Positions 60,801 through 64,000 of a stretch of DNA of 64,000 nt are shown here, piece by piece. The translations under genes and the position numbers were made by a program. Under the pieces are notes generated by a model, which had not been told where the DNA came from, ran no database searches, and saw only the letters and a list, made by a program, of their open reading frames with translations. Numbering within the stretch: position 1 is the first letter of the stretch; the number at the start of each line of letters is the position of its first letter. Source of the stretch: Tubiluchus corallicola (taxonomy: Eukaryota; Animalia; Priapulida); the NCBI GenBank assembly GCA_030141605.1, contig JAQGDQ010000206.1, positions 248,001 through 312,000 on the forward strand, read 5' to 3'.

Positions 60801-61736
60801 AGTAGTGCCGAAATACCGTCCAAAGGCATATCGAGATCTTACTATGCGCTAGGTTGATTCTGCCGATCTTTCACAAAGATTTATGGTTGTTATACGTGAA
60901 GGACAATACATGATTACTAGCGGTGTATTAATAGTACTACTACCTACCTACTACCTTCTTGTAAATGACACACGTATTTACATAGTGCTTATAATCCAGT
61001 TGGTTGTGCAACTGTTTGTGGCGTAGTGCCTTCACGTAATAATTGTTATAGTACACTTATATAGAAGTGGACCCAGTGACTGCTTGTGGCGTGTTATAAA
61101 ATATGGAAGGATGCGCACTTTCCGATGCAAATAAGAACTTTTTAACACGGGAGCCCCTAAATCTGGCAAACTATTTGGCACGTTAGGCAGGAAATTGGTA
61201 AATAAGCTCACGATACCAAAAAATTGCAATACCATTACAAACAAGAGTGAAAAAAGCGTGATCCTCAAACTACCTGTAAATACGGTACCTGCCAAAAAGG
61301 AGTCATACTCCTTTAATTCGGATTTCTTTTCTTTTAGCTGCGTATAGACCTCCACTAGAGATTGAAGCTGCTTAACCGATCTCGTGTTCTGCCTTGGATC
61401 ACCGTGTTCATTTGTGCTGTTGCTTAGCAACTGCTCAATGTGTTCATTGTATTCACTCACACATTGTTCAACGTATTGTTGAACTTTGGGATTTGCTAGA
61501 AAATTACTCCTGCCTACCACGTCGCTGTACAACTTAATAGTTCGGTCAGCAAATTTTGCACAGCGAGGCCACCAGAAAAATTTTGGTGTACCACTCTGCG
61601 CTAATAAGGAAGAACTTTTCAAGTAATTAGTCCAAAAAAAGCAGCTAAGCCAGCGAGATAAACACAGTGACTTAGAGTGCTTCTGCATGTGAAAGACTAC
61701 GACCCGGGCGATATGTGTGCCATTCAAAACTTTCAT
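36868..61736 (-). CDS. MTRF1L: Mitochondrial peptide chain release factor 1-like (mtRF1a), 7 exons, about 433-449 aa
   Basis: Exons (minus strand) 61736 (or 61688)-61289, 60745-60648, 59931-59748, 58033-57870, 57084-56967, 54930-54794 and 37068-36868; total 1350 nt, in phase. Motifs [42 protein letters not shown] (RF1 PxT), [24 protein letters not shown] (catalytic GGQ), [32 protein letters not shown]. The N-terminus is basic and low in acidic residues, compatible with a presequence. Confidence 0.94.
38689..39930 (+). repeat. Interstitial telomere-like array of degenerate TTAGGG
   Basis: TTAGGG mixed with TTAGGA, TTAAGG, TTGGG, TTAGAG and CTGGG variants; 76-bp and 40-bp higher-order units. 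Confidence 0.92.
41059..41553. mobile_element. PIF/Harbinger-like MITE
   Basis: TTA|CGGCACATTCAGACTAGCGA ... TCGCTAGTTCTGAACGTGCCA|TTA (3-bp TSD), internal repeats of CCTGCGAGTTACTGT; related copy at 45627-45967. Confidence 0.78.
41765..41832 (-). mobile_element. tRNA-derived SINE head (Pol III A/B boxes)
   Basis: Minus strand TAACCGAGTGG ... GGTTCGATACT, with no complete cloverleaf. Confidence 0.45.
42569..43026 (+). mobile_element. hAT-type MITE (family H2) nested in an older dispersed repeat
   Basis: TIRs CAGCGGTGGCTCGT / ACGAGCCACCACTA, 8-bp TSD AAAATGAA/AATGTGAA; the empty site (single AAAATGAA) is visible in the paralogous host at about 11364-11371. Confidence 0.78.
43316..43903. repeat. 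65-bp minisatellite, 9 nearly identical copies
   Basis: Unit GTGAAGCTGTGGAATGTGTGAGAACTGACATTTGATGCGTGCACGTGGAGTGACTTAATATGAGT; a single diverged monomer lies at about 12124-12172. Confidence 0.95.
44053..44624 (+). mobile_element. Kolobok-like non-autonomous element (family K1)
   Basis: TTAA|AGGAAAGGACAAG ... CTTGGCCTTTCCT|TTAA (TTAA TSD, AG..CT termini, 12/13 TIR match). Confidence 0.78.
44145..44260. repeat. Perfect 116-bp palindrome with no spacer
   Basis: AAGTGAATGGCGGCTACC...TATAAAGTT|AACTTTATA...GGTAGCCGCCATTCACTT, centre between 44202 and 44203. Confidence 0.95.
45627..45967. mobile_element. Harbinger-like MITE related to 41059-41553, with a nested short CAG...CTG element (45754-45864)
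   Basis: TGGCACATTCATACTAGC ... GTAGTTTGATTGCGCCG; internal CAGTGGCATAACAAG ... CTTGCAACGCCTCTG. Confidence 0.6.
46175..47520. repeat. 45-bp minisatellite, about 30 copies, with a 406-bp higher-order repeat
   Basis: Unit GTTTG(T/C)TGAATGTCATTACGTTAGTTGACAA(AG/GT)CTTTTAGCCAGT; ORFs 46446-46751 and 46852-47157 are nearly identical at a 406-bp offset. Confidence 0.95.
49462..49545 (+). mobile_element. tRNA-derived SINE head (degenerate)
   Basis: GGTGGCCTTATTGTCTAAGG (A-box like) ... GTTCAAATCC (B box). Confidence 0.4.
49605..49937. mobile_element. piggyBac-like MITE
   Basis: TTAA|CCCTTTCAGTCCCG ... CGGGTATGAAAGGG|TTAA. Confidence 0.82.
50009..50460 (-). mobile_element. Partial Kolobok-like element (family K2), reverse orientation
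   Basis: TTAA|AGGAAAACAGGA; reverse complement of the right part of 53473-54072 and 58057-58692. Further fragments at about 28980-29330 and 34470-34820. Confidence 0.65.
51650..51730 (-). mobile_element. tRNA-derived SINE head
   Basis: Minus strand TAACCCGAGTGG ... GTTCGAATC. Confidence 0.45.
52138..52548. repeat. 113-bp tandem repeat, about 3.6 copies
   Basis: TAGTAAA(C/T)C recurs at 52138, 52251, 52364 and 52477. Confidence 0.9.
53473..54072 (+). mobile_element. Kolobok-like non-autonomous element (family K2)
   Basis: TTAA|AGCAAAACCGGA ... TCCTGTTTATCT|TTAA; colinear with 58057-58692. Confidence 0.7.
54196..54655 (-). mobile_element. pogo/Tigger-like MITE (family C), reverse copy
   Basis: Reverse complement of 16394-16877; ends CCCTTATATCGGAGGTTGACTG|TA. 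Confidence 0.83.
54962..55425 (-). mobile_element. TA-flanked MITE (family B), reverse copy
   Basis: CACTCGTGTCTCGGTTTGCC ... GCAAACCGACATATAAGTG|TA; reverse homologue of 21812-22253. Confidence 0.78.
55666..56930 (+). repeat. 72-bp tandem array (about 14 units, to about 56660) followed by the body of the K1 element
   Basis: Same unit as 10440-10790; produces the 24-aa repeat ORFs. 56660-56930 matches the K1 body at 44110-44395. Confidence 0.92.
57595..57850 (-). mobile_element. Partial pogo/Tigger-like MITE (family E)
   Basis: TA|CAGTCATACCTGTGTTTTCGACC..., reverse complement of about 24660-24905. Confidence 0.75.
58057..58692 (+). mobile_element. Kolobok-like non-autonomous element (family K2)
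   Basis: TTAA|AGCGAAACCGAA ... TCCTGTCTGCCT|TTAA. Confidence 0.7.
58846..59220 (+). mobile_element. pogo/Tigger-like MITE (family A)
   Basis: TA|CAGTGTTCCCTCACTTATCGCGG ... CCGCGAAGTAGCGAGGGAACACTG|TA. Confidence 0.87.
59540..59745 (-). mobile_element. Probable tRNA-derived SINE abutting an MTRF1L splice donor
   Basis: On the minus strand a GC-richer segment starts right after the donor at 59747 and contains the B box GTTCGATTCCC; the A box is poor. Confidence 0.4.
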
Positions 61737-62595
61737 CTCCTATAAAATAAAACAGTACGTTGGTGTTTACAATTCTGTGAAAATATGCATTATTATTTAT
61801 TTAATAGTTAAGATAATGCCAAAACAGTAAAAATGCTGGACATGACTTGGTTCGGTTGAAATGTTAGTTCGTATGACTGAATAAAAAAACTGCTGGCTTA
61901 AAGGACCAAAATTACTTGGCATATTATGTAAACTACCTGCTGTGCCAGACAATGCGCGAGACTAAAAAAATTGTCTGACAGCATAACATTGAAAATCGCG
62001 TATGAAGAGTTTAAAGATACGTACTTAAGACGTTATTAACATGACGGCTGTGGAAATTAAAGTCTGACTCTGCTGCGCTTAGTTATTAATAATAATAAGA
62101 ATGATAATGAAGATGACTAATAATTTTTAGTATGAAACATTACTTAGTTTAATTCAATAAAAATCAGCATAAACACACTTCTTGAAAAAAATATTTTACA
62201 CTGCTTGTAGCAAATTAATTATTTATTCGGGTTAAAATGAATTTTATAAGATCGCATGCATCAGAAACTTGAGTCAGACATCAACTTGTTGGAATTTTAG
62301 ATTCTATTATTTCATTAATTTATTCTACCACTGTTGAAGCTCAGGCACTAATCAGTGATTGTATCATAAGCTTATCATAATGCACAATCGAAATAGGCGC
62401 TCGCTCGTCGAAAATCGAGCGGGATCTGGATTGTATTTAATAGAGCGCCGGTATTACAACTGTTGAAAAGTAAACACTTTTGGTTGCTACTGAGCTATTT
62501 TCATGTATTCGAAAGAATGTATTTACATATAAAGCAAAGTGAACTATAATAAAACAGCATAACAAATTTCAGTAAGTTCTACAACCCAAAAATTA

Positions 62596-62618
62596 CATAT
62601 ATATATATATATATATAT
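62596..62618. repeat. (TA)n microsatellite
   Basis: Direct reading. Confidence 0.85.
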
Positions 62619-63527
62619 AATAATCTTTATTTGCCATTAAAAACATTGATAATCACTGTTAAAATGTTTAATGATAACATGATTAATTACTTTATCTTAT
62701 TAAAATATTGTTAATGATAATTTGATTTTAGTGCCCAAAACAGCAAACATTTCTGGGGCATAGTTTGCGCCTTGTACCCCACCAGGGGCGAGTTGACCTC
62801 TAAGCTTTCTACGTGTCACACTGCTTTTTACATCAAATGGCTGGCTCGTCTGCGATAAAGTGAAACAAACGACAACATAAACAATATTGTGAAAGGCTAA
62901 AAAGAAAAACAACGAATATTGTGATCCACGGCAAAATGGCTCATCTGATTAGATGAATTCAAAAGCGTTATTTCTATATCTATATATATTTAAAACTTAC
63001 TTGTAATTACTATAACTTTTATATAATATTACATTTTCCACATGGTACTGTACGTTGCCATGCTTTTATAAAACACGCCTGCATTGGTGCACCGTTTGTA
63101 ATTAAATTCGACTTGTGTTTATTGTACGAATACGATTTTCAGGTTCAGTTTCAAATTGCCTCTGACATTTTTGTTCAGAGTAAATAAATTGCTTAAAAGC
63201 CTAACATATGGCTATGACAATAATTAGCATTGCTCAACCTAAACGTCATTATTTAGATAAAGAAAATTTTTAGCACTATTAACATTGTCTCTAGAGTGAT
63301 GTGGAAATTCTCAATGTAGCTAATGCAGAAAGTAATTGCTACATCGATGTGAACAATTAGTGTCTAGTCAGCAGAATTTGTCAGCAGCATAATGATAAAC
63401 TAAATTTCGATTTGTCTAAGTTGACAGTGGCCTTTACTGTTCGAGATCACGTAATCAATTCTGTTTTCCCCACTTGGGAGCCGAAGAAGTTTGCAAAGAC
63501 AATGTTGATTAGGTCAAGATATTTTAG

Positions 63528-63968
63528 AAATAGTACCTGAGGATGTGCTACATACAGAGACTATGCCACTGTTATCTTAGGAAAATTACTTTGGAAATTA
63601 CTAACTGCCTTGGAAAACATCTAACTGATTTAGCTGAAACATCTCTACGTATCAGCTTCAGTAATTTTCCTTTCTGTGAAATTTTTTTCATATCTCAAGG
63701 TCTTCCCTAGCAGATTTGTGTCTGTTAATTTACTAAGACCTTGATTAAATCTAAATAGTACCTGAGGATGCGCTACATACAGAGACTATGCCACTGTTAT
63801 CTTAGGAAAATTACTTTGGAAATTACTAACTGCCTTGGAAAACATCTAACCGATTTAGCTGAAACATCTCTACGTATCAGCTTCAGTAATTTTCCTTTCT
63901 GTGAAATTTTTTTCATATCTCAAGGTCTTCCCTAGCGGATTTGTGTCTGTTAATTTACTAAGACCTTG
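63528..63968. repeat. Recent tandem duplication, 225-bp unit, 2 copies
   Basis: AAATAGTACCTGAGGATG starts at 63528 and 63753; only a few substitutions between the copies. Confidence 0.92.
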
Positions 63969-64000
63969 CTTAGATGAATCTCGAAGCACAAATTTTCGAA

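Overview
AT-rich, intron-containing eukaryotic DNA, most likely from an invertebrate with TTAGGG-type telomeric repeats; the taxon cannot be fixed from this sequence. It is not prokaryotic, and most ORFs in the track are repeat or intron noise. Four spliced genes can be rebuilt with GT-AG junctions in consistent phase: the last four exons of PRP4 kinase (PRPF4B, +, 238-6851), TBC1D20 (-, 12638-25869, 9 exons, 409 aa), RPL12/uL11 (+, 32672-36688, 6 exons, 165 aa) and mitochondrial release factor MTRF1L (-, 36868-61736, 7 exons, with a 17.7-kb last intron). The main structural feature is a tandem duplication (24016-29855 / 29849-35318, 7-bp ATGCAAT microhomology) of the head-to-head TBC1D20/RPL12 promoter cassette. 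It leaves each gene with a second open, phase-compatible set of 5' exons and duplicates an intronic box C/D snoRNA candidate with a guide against 28S rRNA. Introns carry many non-autonomous DNA transposons (hAT, pogo/Tc1, Kolobok-like, piggyBac-like, Harbinger-like), LINE and SINE remnants, and several minisatellites. One minisatellite is built from a transposon terminus and one has a 9-mer higher-order repeat. There is also a 1.2-kb interstitial telomere-like array and a perfect 116-bp palindrome. All coordinates and comparisons were read by eye.
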